Source: Candidatus Multivoradales bacterium (GTDB lineage: Bacteria > Acidobacteriota > Thermoanaerobaculia > Multivoradales > J023). From it: a stretch of 64,000 nt of DNA. Position 1 is the first letter of the stretch. The number at the start of each line of letters is the position of its first letter. The notes beneath the pieces were generated by a model that saw only the letters and a program-made list of their open reading frames with translations, made no database searches and had not been told where the DNA came from. A program made the position numbers and the translations under genes. The DNA is taken from contig CBDFLE010000005.1 of NCBI GenBank assembly GCA_965248925.1, positions 960,001 through 1,024,000 of the forward strand, written 5' to 3'. This document shows, in pieces, positions 35,299-45,942 of the stretch.

Positions 35299-36951
35299 TC
35301 AGACGCCGGCGGCGGCGAATGCATCACCGACAATTTCTTGCGCCTGCTGCTGAATCTGCCGTAAGTGCTGCTCGCCGAGAAAGCTCTCGGCGTAGATCTT
35401 GTAGATCTCTTCAGTTCCTGAAGGCCGCGCCGCGAACCAGCCGTTCTCGGTCACCACCTTGAGCCCGCCGATCGCTTGCTGGCCAAATGGCGCATGGGTC
35501 AGTTTGGCCACCACCCTTTCGCCGGCCAACTCTTCAGCGACTACATCCTTGGCCGATAAGTTCAGCAGTACAGCCTTCTGCCGCGGGTTCACCGGCGCGT
35601 CGATGCGCTCATACACCGGAGCCCCATAACGCAACTCCAGCTGGGCATAGAGTTCGCCTGGATCGCGGCCGCTGACGGCGGTGATCTCGGCGGCCAGCAG
35701 GTTGAGCAAGATACCGTCCTTGTCGGTGGTCCAGGCGCGGCCATCGCGGCGCAGGAAGGCGGCGCCTGCGCTTTCTTCGCCGGCAAAACCCATGCTGCCG
35801 TCAAGCAAACCAGGCACAAACCACTTGAAGCCCACCGGCACCTCCGCCACCTGCCGGCCAAGGCCCGCCGCCACCCGGTCGATCATCGAACTCGACACCA
35901 GCGTCTTGCCGACCGCCGCTTCCCCACCCCATCCCGGCCGCTGGCCAAAGAGGTAGTCCACCGCCACTGACAGATAGTGGTTGGGAGGCAGCAAGCCGGT
36001 ACTTTTGGTGACAATACCGTGGCGATCGACATCGGGATCGTTGCCAAAGGCCACATCGAAACGGTCGCGCAGCGCGATCAGACCAGCCATCGCCCATGGC
36101 GAGGAACAATCCATGCGGATCATGCCGTCCTTATCGACCGGCATGAAGGCAAAAGTCGGGTCGCGATGGGGATTGACCACTTCCAGATCGAGGCGCCACC
36201 GCTCAGCGATCGGCGCCCAATAGTCGACCGCCGCACCGCCCATCGGATCGACTCCCAGGCGTAGCCCCGACGCCGCCACCGCATCGAGGTCGAGGACCGC
36301 GCCGAGGTCTTCGACGTAGGGGGACATCAGGTCCCGCTGATGGGTGGTCGAAGCCGCCAGAGCGCGCGCCGCGGGCAGTCGTCGCACTCCTTGCAGGCGA
36401 TCGCCCAAAATGGCGTTGGCACGCTCTTCAATCCAGCGGGTGGTAGCGTTGTCCGCCGGGCCGCCCGAGGGAGGGTTGTATTTGAAGCCACCATCGGCCG
36501 GCGGATTGTGCGATGGCGTGATCACTACCCCATCTGCATGGTCGTCACCACGAGCGTGGTTGTAGGTGAGGATGGCGTGAGAGATCACCGGCGTCGGGGT
36601 GGTGCCATGGTTCTCCTGCAACACTGTCTCGACGCCGTTGGCGGCCAGCACCTCGAGCGCCGTCGTCTGAGCCGGCTCGGAGAGGGCATGGGTATCGCGT
36701 CCGAGGAAAAGCGGGCCCTTGATGCCGCACTGCTGCCGCAGCTCACAAATCGCCTGGGTGATGGCCAGAATATGAGCCTCGTTGAAAGTTGCCGCCTGCG
36801 CCGTACCGCGATGGCCAGAAGTACCAAACGACACCTGCTGCGCCGGATCGTCGGCGTCGGGACTGACCGTGTAGTACGCTGACACCAGGCGGGGTATGTC
36901 GGTCAGCATCTGCGACGGCGCAACCTGGCCGGCTAGCTCATGAACGGGCAT
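35299..36951 (-). CDS. pgm: Phosphoglucomutase
   Basis: [35 protein letters not shown]; start 36951 preferred over 36975. Confidence 0.96.
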   Translation of the reverse strand: MPVHELAGQVAPSQMLTDIPRLVSAYYTVSPDADDPAQQVSFGTSGHRGTAQAATFNEAHILAITQAICELRQQCGIKGPLFLGRDTHALSEPAQTTALEVLAANGVETVLQENHGTTPTPVISHAILTYNHARGDDHADGVVITPSHNPPADGGFKYNPPSGGPADNATTRWIEERANAILGDRLQGVRRLPAARALAASTTHQRDLMSPYVEDLGAVLDLDAVAASGLRLGVDPMGGAAVDYWAPIAERWRLDLEVVNPHRDPTFAFMPVDKDGMIRMDCSSPWAMAGLIALRDRFDVAFGNDPDVDRHGIVTKSTGLLPPNHYLSVAVDYLFGQRPGWGGEAAVGKTLVSSSMIDRVAAGLGRQVAEVPVGFKWFVPGLLDGSMGFAGEESAGAAFLRRDGRAWTTDKDGILLNLLAAEITAVSGRDPGELYAQLELRYGAPVYERIDAPVNPRQKAVLLNLSAKDVVAEELAGERVVAKLTHAPFGQQAIGGLKVVTENGWFAARPSGTEEIYKIYAESFLGEQHLRQIQQQAQEIVGDAFAAAGV

Positions 36952-37354
36952 CTTCAGGCTCCTGGGTGCCGGCACGGGAGATGAGATCGATCACTCGTCG
37001 CTCTATCTCGTCGCGGACTTGATTGAATTCGACCCTTGGCATCGCCTTGGGATCAGCCAGGCCCCAATCCTCTCGCTGCTCGCCGGCAAGCGATGGACAT
37101 TGGTCGCCACAGCCCATGGTGACGACGAAGTCGAAAGGTCCCGCGGGCAGCTCGTCGGTGGCTTGGGAGCGGTGCCGGGAAAGATCATAGCCGCGTTCCG
37201 CCATCGCCGCGATGGCCCGCGGATTGACCACTCCGGAAGCCGCCGAGCCGGCGCTCCAGGGCTCTAGTACAGCCGCACCATGGAGGCGAGCGAAGGCCTC
37301 CGCCATCTGGCTGCGGTTGGAGTTTTCGCTACACAGGAATACGACGCGCTTCAT
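36938..37354 (-). CDS. arsC: Arsenate reductase / low-molecular-weight phosphatase family
   Basis: [34 protein letters not shown]. Confidence 0.85.
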   Translation of the reverse strand: MKRVVFLCSENSNRSQMAEAFARLHGAAVLEPWSAGSAASGVVNPRAIAAMAERGYDLSRHRSQATDELPAGPFDFVVTMGCGDQCPSLAGEQREDWGLADPKAMPRVEFNQVRDEIERRVIDLISRAGTQEPEDARS

Positions 37355-37458
37355 GCCGGTTATGGGTCCTCTGAAAGGTGAGCCGGGCGGAGATTCTAGA
37401 ACCTGGAACTACTCTGTCCACGTAAGACTCTTAGTAGATATCCTCGCTGCTGATCTAT

Positions 37459-38199
37459 ATGCCCAAGCCTATCCCACTCCAGACCCCCTTCAGCAGCGAG
37501 CGACCGCGCTCCGGCGCCCCTGCTTTCGAGATCCTGGAGGAGGACGCCCGACGCGACCGCCAACACAGAAAACGCACCGCCTGGACCGTCGCGTTGGCCG
37601 CCGCCGCCCATCTCTTGATCCTGGTTCTCAATCTTCCCCAGAGCGCCGCCGAGCCGATAGGCGCCCCTGAACGGGGCCCGGTCTACGTCGTTCAGCAGGT
37701 GCGCCTCCAGCCACCCGCGCCGCGGCCGGAGATGAAGGTCACCAAACGCAAAGCCAAGCGAATTCCCATCCCCGACCCGACTCCGGACGATCCAGAGCCA
37801 ATTTTTGATGATGAGATCGAGATAGAACTCGAGCTCGTCGACGGTGCCGAGGTCGCGGTAGAGATTCCCGACGCCCCACCTGGCGTGGGCCCTCATCCGG
37901 CCGCAGCCGGGGCCTTGCAGATCGGCAAAGGGGTGGCAAGACCGCTGAAGATCTTCGCCCCCAAACCTAGCTACCCTGAGGAAGCGCGCGCCGCCCGCAT
38001 CCAGGGCACGGTGCTGCTGCAGGTCGTGGTCACCGCCGAGGGCGAAGTGGTCGATCCGACGGTACTCAAGGGCCTGCCCCTGGGACTCTCCGAATCGGCC
38101 CTCGAAACGGTCAAGACTTGGACCTTCAAGCCAGCCACCAAGGACGGCAGACCGGTGGCTGTTTTTCTAATCCTCACGGTCAACTTTAACCTGCAATAG
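37459..38199 (+). CDS. TonB-family energy transducer
   Basis: TM anchor, Pro-rich linker, PSYPEEARAARIQGTV...WTFKPA C-terminal domain. Confidence 0.9.
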   Translation: MPKPIPLQTPFSSERPRSGAPAFEILEEDARRDRQHRKRTAWTVALAAAAHLLILVLNLPQSAAEPIGAPERGPVYVVQQVRLQPPAPRPEMKVTKRKAKRIPIPDPTPDDPEPIFDDEIEIELELVDGAEVAVEIPDAPPGVGPHPAAAGALQIGKGVARPLKIFAPKPSYPEEARAARIQGTVLLQVVVTAEGEVVDPTVLKGLPLGLSESALETVKTWTFKPATKDGRPVAVFLILTVNFNLQ

Positions 38200-38391
38200 A
38201 ACTCCTGGAAGGGCCAGCACTTGCCCCTCCCGCCGGCCCCCCTGGTGAGGCCGAGTGTCCTGGTGGCCCTCGTGATAGCCTGGCGATCAGCTTTGAACAA
38301 TAGCTCCGCTCCCGGCTCGGCGGCACCTGAGTACCTTGATGGTGCTGAGGTTGCAGCTGCCCGAGCGAGCAGAACAGGAAGCGAGGGGACA

Positions 38392-39009
38392 ATGGCTTGG
38401 TTGATGGGTGAGATGCTCTGGTGTCTTCTGTTCGCCTTCCTGAGCGGCCTGCTAGTTGGCTGGCTGTGGAACAGGTGGCGTTGTGGGAGGCGTTGCACAG
38501 AGATCGAGAACGAGTGGAGAAAGCGCCTCGACAGCTGTGAGGAACGCCTTGCAGATGCCCGAACGCGGCAAGCGAAGAGCGCCGCGGCGGCATCCAGAGC
38601 CGCCGAGTTACAAGCCACCGCGAAAGCCGATCAAGCCGCTGCGGCGGCCAGTGAAGCGGACGCCGCAGACGAAGCCTTACGCCAGCGTCTCGGCCTGGTC
38701 GACAGCAGCCTAGCGGCCGACACGGACGCAGCACCGGCTATCGCCGAGGCCAGAGACGACCTGAAGAAGATTGAAGGTATCGGACCAAAGATCGAACAGC
38801 TGCTCAACGCTGCCGGCATCCGCACCTGGGCCCACCTAGCCAGCAGCGAAAGCGAGAGCATCAGAGAGATTCTCACGGCTGCCGGCGAGCGCTACCGCGT
38901 GCACGACCCCACTACCTGGCCGGAACAAGCTGCTCTGGCTGCTGTTGGCCAATGGCAAGAACTTGGGCAGCTGCAAGATCTACTAAAGGGTGGCCGGCGC
39001 CCCGGCTGA
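38392..39009 (+). CDS. Membrane-anchored coiled-coil protein with helix-hairpin-helix C-terminal domain
   Basis: TM helix from ATG 38392; DDLKKIEGIGPKIEQLLNAAGI...TWPEQA. Confidence 0.8.
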   Translation: MAWLMGEMLWCLLFAFLSGLLVGWLWNRWRCGRRCTEIENEWRKRLDSCEERLADARTRQAKSAAAASRAAELQATAKADQAAAAASEADAADEALRQRLGLVDSSLAADTDAAPAIAEARDDLKKIEGIGPKIEQLLNAAGIRTWAHLASSESESIREILTAAGERYRVHDPTTWPEQAALAAVGQWQELGQLQDLLKGGRRPG

Positions 39010-39011
39010 GA

Positions 39012-41807
39012 TCAGCGAATCACCAATCCTCGCGGCAGACTGTCGCCGAATAACTGCCGCTTCTCGGCCGCCTCCAACTGGCCACCGCTGCGAACCAACT
39101 GTGACCAATGGCTCGGCGCCCGGTGGTGTTCGAGCCATCTTGCAACTTTCTCGACCGTCGCGGCAGAGAGTTCGCGGTAGCGATCTCCAGTGTGGCGGGC
39201 CAGCTGAGTCGCGGCAAACTGCGCCTCGGCACTGGGCTGAGAGAGGCCAAGCAGGCGCTCTAACCACGTCTCCACCGTAGTGGCAGGCAAGACCGCGTTG
39301 AGCGGACCGTAGATCGGTTGCCGACTGCCGAGGCGCCCGAGGGTCCAGACCAGCGCCCCCGACAAGACTTTGGCACCGCGCATTTCGATCTCTTTCAAGG
39401 CAGTATCCCCGAGCCAAGTCTTAGTCGCCGGATTTAGCCATTCGAGAGCACCCAGTAGGCGCCAGATCTCGGCCAACTCGTGCGACCCAGCTTTCAATTT
39501 GCTCTTGCGCGCTGAGTTAGAGAGAGATTTGACACCGGTCAGCAGCGGTTCCGACAGGGCCTTCTGCTGACCGCCGGAAAGACCGCCAGCTAGGCGGCGC
39601 CACATTACCCACCACTCCGCGCGGCACATCGCGTTGCCGCTATGGACTACCGCCTGGTGCGACAAGCGCCAGCTGCGAGCCATCCGCCAATCGTCGACCG
39701 CGTAGCCATATCCCGGCCGCAGGGAGAAACCCAGCAGATTGAGCCAACGCGCCTCGTGGGCAACACTGCGGTGGCGGCCGCGCTGATGTTCGATCAAGGC
39801 ATGCCACAGGGCGCGAAGCAGCGACGGCGGCCACTCGTGGCGGCTGGCCTCGGTGGCCTCTTCAAGCCGCTTGACCAGCCCTGCTGGCGACGCCGAGCCG
39901 GCGAAGCTGTCGGCGATCAGCTGCTCGGCCGCCACCACCACCGCGGCATCGAGGAAGCCAGCCCTCTCGCCAGCGCCCTGGTGCGCGGCGACATCGGTGG
40001 CCACCGCCGAGCGAACATCGAATTGCAGCCTCCAGCTGCGCTCGCCAGCCACTTCTCGACAACCCAGTTCAAGGGTGCCGATCTCGGTCACCCGGGCACC
40101 GAGCCGTACTTCAACCCTCTCCGCGCTCTTCTTCTTACCCGAGGCCAGCACGGTACGGATCGGCGGCAGGGCTTTGATTTCGGTCGGATCGATGTCGATC
40201 AATTGGCCGGATAGATCGCTGATCCGCACGCTGGAGGTGAAGATCGGAAACTCCACCGGCTCGCGGATCAGCAGCTCGAAGGTGCGATCTTCGAGTTCGA
40301 CTTCGCTACCCTCCTGCAGCCCGGCCGGCACCAAGCAGAGAGCAGAGGTCACCGTGCCGCCCTGTTCAGCGCGGTCGGCGCCAAGGTAGTAGGTACGGGC
40401 CAAACCAGCCTCGATGCGCTGACCTTTGCCCCGGCGCACACAGCCGAAGTAGGCCGCGCCATGGGCTACTGCCAGGTCAAGGCGATGGTTGGCCAACAGA
40501 CGCGGTTGCCAGTCGGGCTCGGCCGGGGTGCGAAACCACGACGCCAATACCTCCAGCAAGCGTCGGCGCAGGGCGGCGCCGGCGAAGAAGCCGCCATTGA
40601 GCAGCACGACGTCGGGCCGCACCGCCCGACCTGGGTCCCCGTGATCGCAGAGAAAAGCCGCCAGGTAGCGGGTGACCGCCGAGTCGGCGGCGTAGGGCAA
40701 CCCCATCTCACGGAAGCCCGAGGCGTGGCTCCCCGCCCGCTCGTCCAGGCCAACGCGGGGCAAAAAGCCTTCGACCAGCAGCTCGATGGCTTCGTCGCGA
40801 CCGAGTTCGGCGGCCAGCGCGCCGCCAATCAATCGAGAACCACCGCCGGGCAAAGTCACGGTTAGCGAGGCCGGCGGCTGCTCGCCAAGTAGTTGCTCTT
40901 TGGCTTGCCGGCAGCGTTCGACCAACACGCTCCACTGCCGGGGTGGCAAGCGGCCGGAGCTGCTCAGTCTGTCTTCCAGATGGTGGGCCAGGGTCAGATC
41001 CAGATTGTCGCCACCGAGTATCAAATGCTCGCCCACCGCCAGGCGGTGAAACCGAACCCTGCCTTCGCCTCCATCCTCGACCCGAATCAGTGATAAGTCA
41101 GTGGTGCCGCCGCCGATATCGCAGACCAGAATCCTCTGCCCCGGCGCCATCGGCCGAGCCTCACCACCGCCCTCGCCATGACGATCAATCCAGGCATAAA
41201 AGGCCGCCTGGGGCTCTTCCAGCAACACCAGACGGCGCAGACCCGCGTGCTTGGCAGCTTCGACAGTGAGCTCGCGAGCGATCTCGTCAAAAGATGCTGG
41301 CACGGTCAGCACCAGGTCTTGGTCGGCCAGAGGATGTTGCGGATGCAGGTGGTCCCAGGCGCGGCGAATGTGCTCCAAGTAGGCCGCTGAGACCTCGACC
41401 GGGGACCGTTGGCTGACCCCTTCGCCACCCTGCCAAGGTAGGATTGCCGCCGTGCGGTCGACGCCGCCATGACTGAGCCAAGATTTGGCGGAGGCGATCA
41501 TCCGGCCGGGTAGAACCGCGCCCTGCTCCCGCGCCGCGACCCCGACGACGGCAGCCGGATCAGCCGACTGCCAGGGCAGGCGCAAGGCACCCCCGGTGTG
41601 CTCGGCTGCCGTGGGTTGATAATGAAAGGAAGGCAGCGTTTCTCGGGCCTCGATGGTCACCGGCGCCACCAGCTGTGGCACGGAGAAGGTCTCCACCCGC
41701 CAGCTCTCGGCCTCAGTATCGACCACCGCCACCGCCGAGTTAGTGGTGCCTAGATCGAGACCGACGATGTAACGCGATTGCTGGCGGACATCCTTGCCTT
41801 CCCCCAT
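39012..41807 (-). CDS. Hsp70/DnaK-like protein with C-terminal extension (DUF3731-like)
   Basis: GLDLGTTNS, TVPASFD, EEPQAA, DIGGGTTD, GGDNLD. Confidence 0.9.
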   Translation of the reverse strand: MGEGKDVRQQSRYIVGLDLGTTNSAVAVVDTEAESWRVETFSVPQLVAPVTIEARETLPSFHYQPTAAEHTGGALRLPWQSADPAAVVGVAAREQGAVLPGRMIASAKSWLSHGGVDRTAAILPWQGGEGVSQRSPVEVSAAYLEHIRRAWDHLHPQHPLADQDLVLTVPASFDEIARELTVEAAKHAGLRRLVLLEEPQAAFYAWIDRHGEGGGEARPMAPGQRILVCDIGGGTTDLSLIRVEDGGEGRVRFHRLAVGEHLILGGDNLDLTLAHHLEDRLSSSGRLPPRQWSVLVERCRQAKEQLLGEQPPASLTVTLPGGGSRLIGGALAAELGRDEAIELLVEGFLPRVGLDERAGSHASGFREMGLPYAADSAVTRYLAAFLCDHGDPGRAVRPDVVLLNGGFFAGAALRRRLLEVLASWFRTPAEPDWQPRLLANHRLDLAVAHGAAYFGCVRRGKGQRIEAGLARTYYLGADRAEQGGTVTSALCLVPAGLQEGSEVELEDRTFELLIREPVEFPIFTSSVRISDLSGQLIDIDPTEIKALPPIRTVLASGKKKSAERVEVRLGARVTEIGTLELGCREVAGERSWRLQFDVRSAVATDVAAHQGAGERAGFLDAAVVVAAEQLIADSFAGSASPAGLVKRLEEATEASRHEWPPSLLRALWHALIEHQRGRHRSVAHEARWLNLLGFSLRPGYGYAVDDWRMARSWRLSHQAVVHSGNAMCRAEWWVMWRRLAGGLSGGQQKALSEPLLTGVKSLSNSARKSKLKAGSHELAEIWRLLGALEWLNPATKTWLGDTALKEIEMRGAKVLSGALVWTLGRLGSRQPIYGPLNAVLPATTVETWLERLLGLSQPSAEAQFAATQLARHTGDRYRELSAATVEKVARWLEHHRAPSHWSQLVRSGGQLEAAEKRQLFGDSLPRGLVIR

Positions 41808-43603
41808 CAGCCCGGCCCTGCTTCACGCACACTGAGTTCCATCTTCCACTGCTCCTTGGAATTCGTACTGTCACACCACAGCTCGAGCACTCCGAGTTCG
41901 GTCAGGCGGGCGCGCAAGCGCACCGAGACGAAGCCGTCTTCCGCCCCCTCCGCGGTCTCGAGCGCGGCTTCCAAAAAGTCGCTCTCGACCAAATCGCCGG
42001 TGGTCTCACCACGCAGCAAGTCACCGGGCTGGTCGGCGGGGCGAACAGTCGAGCTGAAGAAGCGAAAAGTCGCAGCATCGCCCACCACCAGCCCGATCTC
42101 GCCTCCCGGCACCGCGACTTCACTGCCTTCCTCCATCCCCTGCGCCACCACGCAAAGGGCGTCGAGGGGCCGGGGCGCGCCAGGAACCGCCAGGCCGGCA
42201 GTCTCGATCCCGAGGTAGTACGAACGCCCCACGCCACCCCGAATCCGCACCCCGCCCACCTGCCGGCTGCGACCGTAGAAAGCCGCCCCCCGGGCGACCG
42301 CGAAATCCAGATCCGGGGCGCCATCGAGCAGCCGAGGCGGCGCCTCGGGGAACCATTGCTGAAGAATATCGAGTAGCCGCTGAGCCAAAGCAGGAGCTTT
42401 GAGCACGCCGCCATTGAGCAGCACTCGGGTCGGCGCGCGGCCAGCCAAGAACGCCGCCAAATGGCGGGAGATAGCGGTGTCGGTAGCGAAGGGCAGGCCA
42501 AGCTGGCGAAAACCAGAAGCCGGCTGACGCCGCGGCCGCGCATCCTTCCGACAATGGGGCAAGAAGCCTTCGAGCAGCAAATCCAGCACTGGCTGACGCT
42601 CGAGTTCAGTGGCAACGGTGCCGCCGATCAAACTTCGCCCCCGTCCCAAGATACTCACGGGATAGCTTGCAGGTGCATCGTCGCCTAGCAAGGACTCTTT
42701 GGCGGCGCGGCAAGCGTGCCACAGGGCTACCGATTGCCAGGCGTCGACTTGCACTCCGCGGTCGGCCAATCCTTGTTGCGCCAAGTGGGCCAAGGCCAGA
42801 TCCATGTTGTCACCGCCGACCAGCAGGTGCTGTCCCACCGCCAAACGTTCGAGCTCCAGCTCGCCCTGCTCGGCGCGGGCCTCGATCAAGCTGAAGTCGG
42901 TGGTACCGCCGCCGATATCGACCACCAGCAACCGGTCGCCTAGTTGTAGGTCTCGGCGCCAGCCGCCGCCACGCTCGGCGAGCCAAGCGTAGAGGGCCGC
43001 CTGCGGTTCCTCCAGCAGCACCAATTCCGCTGGTAGGCCGGCGGCCAGCGCCGCCTCGCGGGTCAACTCGCGGGCACTGGCGTCAAACGAAGCCGGCACC
43101 GTCAACACTACCGCCTGCTCGCCCAGCGGCGCTTCGGGATGGGCCTGCCCCCAGACTGCGGCCAAATGCTGCAAATAGCAGCGTGCCGCGGTCACCGGCG
43201 AGACTTTGTCGATCTCCGCCGGCGCTTGCCAGGGAAGAATTTCTTGCCGCCGATCGACCCGGTGGTGACAAAGCCAGGACTTGGCCGCCGCTACGGTCCG
43301 CGTTGGCGCCTCCGCAGAGCGCTGACGCGCCCATTCCCCTAGGACTCGAGTCGCCGAGAGACCATCGCTCCAGGGCAAGGAAAAGGCACCTTGTGCGGCC
43401 TCTGCCACGGTAGTCAAATAGAGAAAGGAAGGCAGGGTCGAGCGCGGTTCCACCGTGTTGGCCGCAACGACCTGCGGAATGGCGACCAACTCCGCGGTGA
43501 TCGACTCGACCGTCGAATCCGGCTGCCGCAGGTCACAGCAAGCCAGCACGCTCTGAGTGGTGCCGAGATCGATGCCGACCGCGAACATTGCCGAGTCCAT
43601 CAT
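41807..43603 (-). CDS. Hsp70/DnaK-like protein
   Basis: GIDLGTTQS, TVPASFD, EEPQAA, DIGGGTTD; start 43603 just after the DUF2760 stop. Confidence 0.9.
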   Translation of the reverse strand: MMDSAMFAVGIDLGTTQSVLACCDLRQPDSTVESITAELVAIPQVVAANTVEPRSTLPSFLYLTTVAEAAQGAFSLPWSDGLSATRVLGEWARQRSAEAPTRTVAAAKSWLCHHRVDRRQEILPWQAPAEIDKVSPVTAARCYLQHLAAVWGQAHPEAPLGEQAVVLTVPASFDASARELTREAALAAGLPAELVLLEEPQAALYAWLAERGGGWRRDLQLGDRLLVVDIGGGTTDFSLIEARAEQGELELERLAVGQHLLVGGDNMDLALAHLAQQGLADRGVQVDAWQSVALWHACRAAKESLLGDDAPASYPVSILGRGRSLIGGTVATELERQPVLDLLLEGFLPHCRKDARPRRQPASGFRQLGLPFATDTAISRHLAAFLAGRAPTRVLLNGGVLKAPALAQRLLDILQQWFPEAPPRLLDGAPDLDFAVARGAAFYGRSRQVGGVRIRGGVGRSYYLGIETAGLAVPGAPRPLDALCVVAQGMEEGSEVAVPGGEIGLVVGDAATFRFFSSTVRPADQPGDLLRGETTGDLVESDFLEAALETAEGAEDGFVSVRLRARLTELGVLELWCDSTNSKEQWKMELSVREAGPG

Positions 43604-43605
43604 CT

Positions 43606-44121
43606 TCAACCGACCTCGATCTCGGCTGGCGCCAGCACCCTCGCCGTATCCGGCGCGCCGGTCCACGAGGGCACTTCGCAGCGGGCCGCCTTCCAGCCAC
43701 CATGTTGCAGCGAGCCTCGTTGCGCGCCCTCTCCAGCCGGCTGGCCGGTAAGCCGCCATTCGCCGGGGTCATAGCTCGCCGGCACCTCGATAGAGCTTCC
43801 TTCCGCCTCCTGGCGCAAGGCTCGCGGATCAAAGAGGCGCCGGATCACCGCCCCACAGTCGCGATGCACATCGCGAGCGGCGGCACCGATTTGGGCATCG
43901 GAAAAGCCTTCGAGAGGCTCCATCACAAAGTCCACAAGGCGGGCTTCCCGTTGCAGAGTTGCCAGCAAGGTGAGCGCCTCGCTGCGTTTCTGTTCCACCT
44001 CCCCGAGTGACGCTGCTATCTCCGGCGCCGAGCCGTCCAACAACTGCCGCACTCGGCCTGCCAGCTCGGCATCGCCGAGGATCTTGAAAAATGCTTTGAA
44101 AGCCGTAGCCAAGCTCATCAC
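43606..44121 (-). CDS. DUF2760-like protein
   Basis: LLATLQREARLVDF, IGAAARDVH, LQHGGW, APAEIEV; usual partner of paired Hsp70-like genes. Confidence 0.85.
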   Translation of the reverse strand: MMSLATAFKAFFKILGDAELAGRVRQLLDGSAPEIAASLGEVEQKRSEALTLLATLQREARLVDFVMEPLEGFSDAQIGAAARDVHRDCGAVIRRLFDPRALRQEAEGSSIEVPASYDPGEWRLTGQPAGEGAQRGSLQHGGWKAARCEVPSWTGAPDTARVLAPAEIEVG

Positions 44122-44366
44122 TACCTCCTCACTGAATCCTTGCCCCGACCAGGGGTCGGTCGATTAATCTAAGAACGAGCAGGCGGGCGCAGGCGACAGC
44201 CGGCGGCATCTGCGTGGCGGGGACTCTAGCAAGACAGGTGTTGGCTTGCCAAACTTCGACCACCTCCTTGTCGGGTGCCGGGAAAGGCCGCCCGAAGGAG
44301 ACTGGATCGCTTCATGTTACGATCTCTGGATCCCGCACATCTGCCACGACTTTGGAGCTTTCATCG

Positions 44367-44744
44367 ATGCGCAACTTCCTCTTGCGACTGCTGATCAACG
44401 CTTTCGCCCTGGCGGCGGCGGCCTATCTCGTTCCCGGTGTCAGCCGCGGCAGCTGGCTTGACCTGCTGCTGGTGGCGTTCGTCTTCGGCATCGTCAACGC
44501 CATCGTCGGGCCGCTGCTGAAATTTCTCACCTGCCCCTTGATTTTGCTCACTTTGGGACTCTTCCTGTTGGTGATCAACGCCCTCTTGCTACTGATTACT
44601 TCGTGGGCCGGTAGCTTGTTCGGCCTCGGCTTCTCGGTCAGTGGCTTCGGCGCCGCCTTCTTCGGCGGGCTGGTGGTATCGATTGTCAGCTGCTTGCTGT
44701 CGATCGCCTTGGGAGATCTCAAGAAAGACCGCAAGCGGGACTAG
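44367..44744 (+). CDS. 4-TM holin-like membrane protein (YvlD type)
   Basis: GIVNAIVGPLLKFLTCPLILLTLGLFLLVINA. Confidence 0.88.
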   Translation: MRNFLLRLLINAFALAAAAYLVPGVSRGSWLDLLLVAFVFGIVNAIVGPLLKFLTCPLILLTLGLFLLVINALLLLITSWAGSLFGLGFSVSGFGAAFFGGLVVSIVSCLLSIALGDLKKDRKRD

Positions 44745-44776
44745 GCCAGCGCCGCCAGGAAAATCAAGCCCGTCTC

Positions 44777-45817
44777 TCAGGGTCTTGATTCGAGCGCGCG
44801 AAGTAAGTCTAGGGCAGCGGACCGTCGATCACCAGAGCCTTGAACATAGGGTAGCCAAGTGGCTCGCAGAGGCTCGTAGAGGGGCCGCCAGCGGCCTTCG
44901 AAGACACCCAGGGATTCGGCGCTAGGCAGATATTCTTCTACTTCCCCCTGCTCCGCCAGTCGAGCCCGCGTCACCTCGCCAACCGTGACGAAGAGTACCC
45001 CATGCCAAAGATCCCGCGGCACCGAGGTCTGCACCGTCCGTGCCGCCGCGGCCAAGGCCTCGGCGATCGGTCCATTGCGGGGACCGACGAACTCATGCGA
45101 GATTTCATGGAAGATCAGTTCTAAGGAAGCCCAGCCCTGGTAGCCCAGATCACGGCTGTTGATCTGGGTGTGGGTGGTCGGCCCAGCGATGGTATCGGCA
45201 CCGTTGCGGCCGGCGGTCTCGACGACATCGACGGCGATCGGCAGCTGCCGCCAGCGCTGGCCGAAGCGGTCCTGCAAGCGCTCGCCAATCGCCTGCTCGT
45301 GCTGCTCAAGTTTGGGCAACAATTGCTCAATCCAGGTTTTGTTGGCCGCCGCCTGGGCCGGCCAGCGACAGGTCCGATAGGCAGCTTCAGCAGCCTGCAT
45401 GAAGAGCAAGCCCAGGCGAAGATCCTCACCATCGTCATCATCTAGGTCGTCGATCATCAGCTGGGCCAAGTGCGAACGAAAGGCAAAGCGCTCGCGACTG
45501 AAAGTGTAAGTCGCGGCAACATTAGTGGCAAAGTAATCTACCGCCTCGTGCCAGGCACTGCGCTGTTCACGCGGCAAGCGGTCGAAGCAAGCTCCGGACT
45601 CCGCATCTTCCAGGTCCTCTGTCCGATGCGCCGTCCGCGCTGTCGCGGCGCTGAGCAGCGCGTCGTAGAGATTGAAAGCGAAATCTGAATAGAAGGTGAA
45701 ATAGCGACTCTCGGCCAGCGCTACTCGGCCGTCGTCTGCGGCCAATAGAGGTGGAGTTGGCGAGGTCGCACAAACTAGAATTGTCAAGACAAAAATCGGA
45801 GCAGCAGCACGTAGCAT
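44777..45817 (-). CDS. Secreted protein with HExxH motif (possible zincin peptidase)
   Basis: Signal peptide; LIFHEISHEF. Confidence 0.65.
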   Translation of the reverse strand: MLRAAAPIFVLTILVCATSPTPPLLAADDGRVALAESRYFTFYSDFAFNLYDALLSAATARTAHRTEDLEDAESGACFDRLPREQRSAWHEAVDYFATNVAATYTFSRERFAFRSHLAQLMIDDLDDDDGEDLRLGLLFMQAAEAAYRTCRWPAQAAANKTWIEQLLPKLEQHEQAIGERLQDRFGQRWRQLPIAVDVVETAGRNGADTIAGPTTHTQINSRDLGYQGWASLELIFHEISHEFVGPRNGPIAEALAAAARTVQTSVPRDLWHGVLFVTVGEVTRARLAEQGEVEEYLPSAESLGVFEGRWRPLYEPLRATWLPYVQGSGDRRSAALDLLRALESRP

Positions 45818-45942
45818 ACGGGGGCCTCCAGGTGAGATGTCTTATCGGTGTCGTACACGCTCTCTCGGTGCTTACGAAACAAAGGTCTTTTCGCCCAATT
45901 CCGCGCCCGCGGCGCGCTGGCCTCGAGCGACTGTTTTCCTAG

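Noticed and set aside
44367-44744. Holin-like gene as evidence of a prophage
   Set aside because: This family is commonly chromosomal, and no endolysin or phage genes are adjacent.
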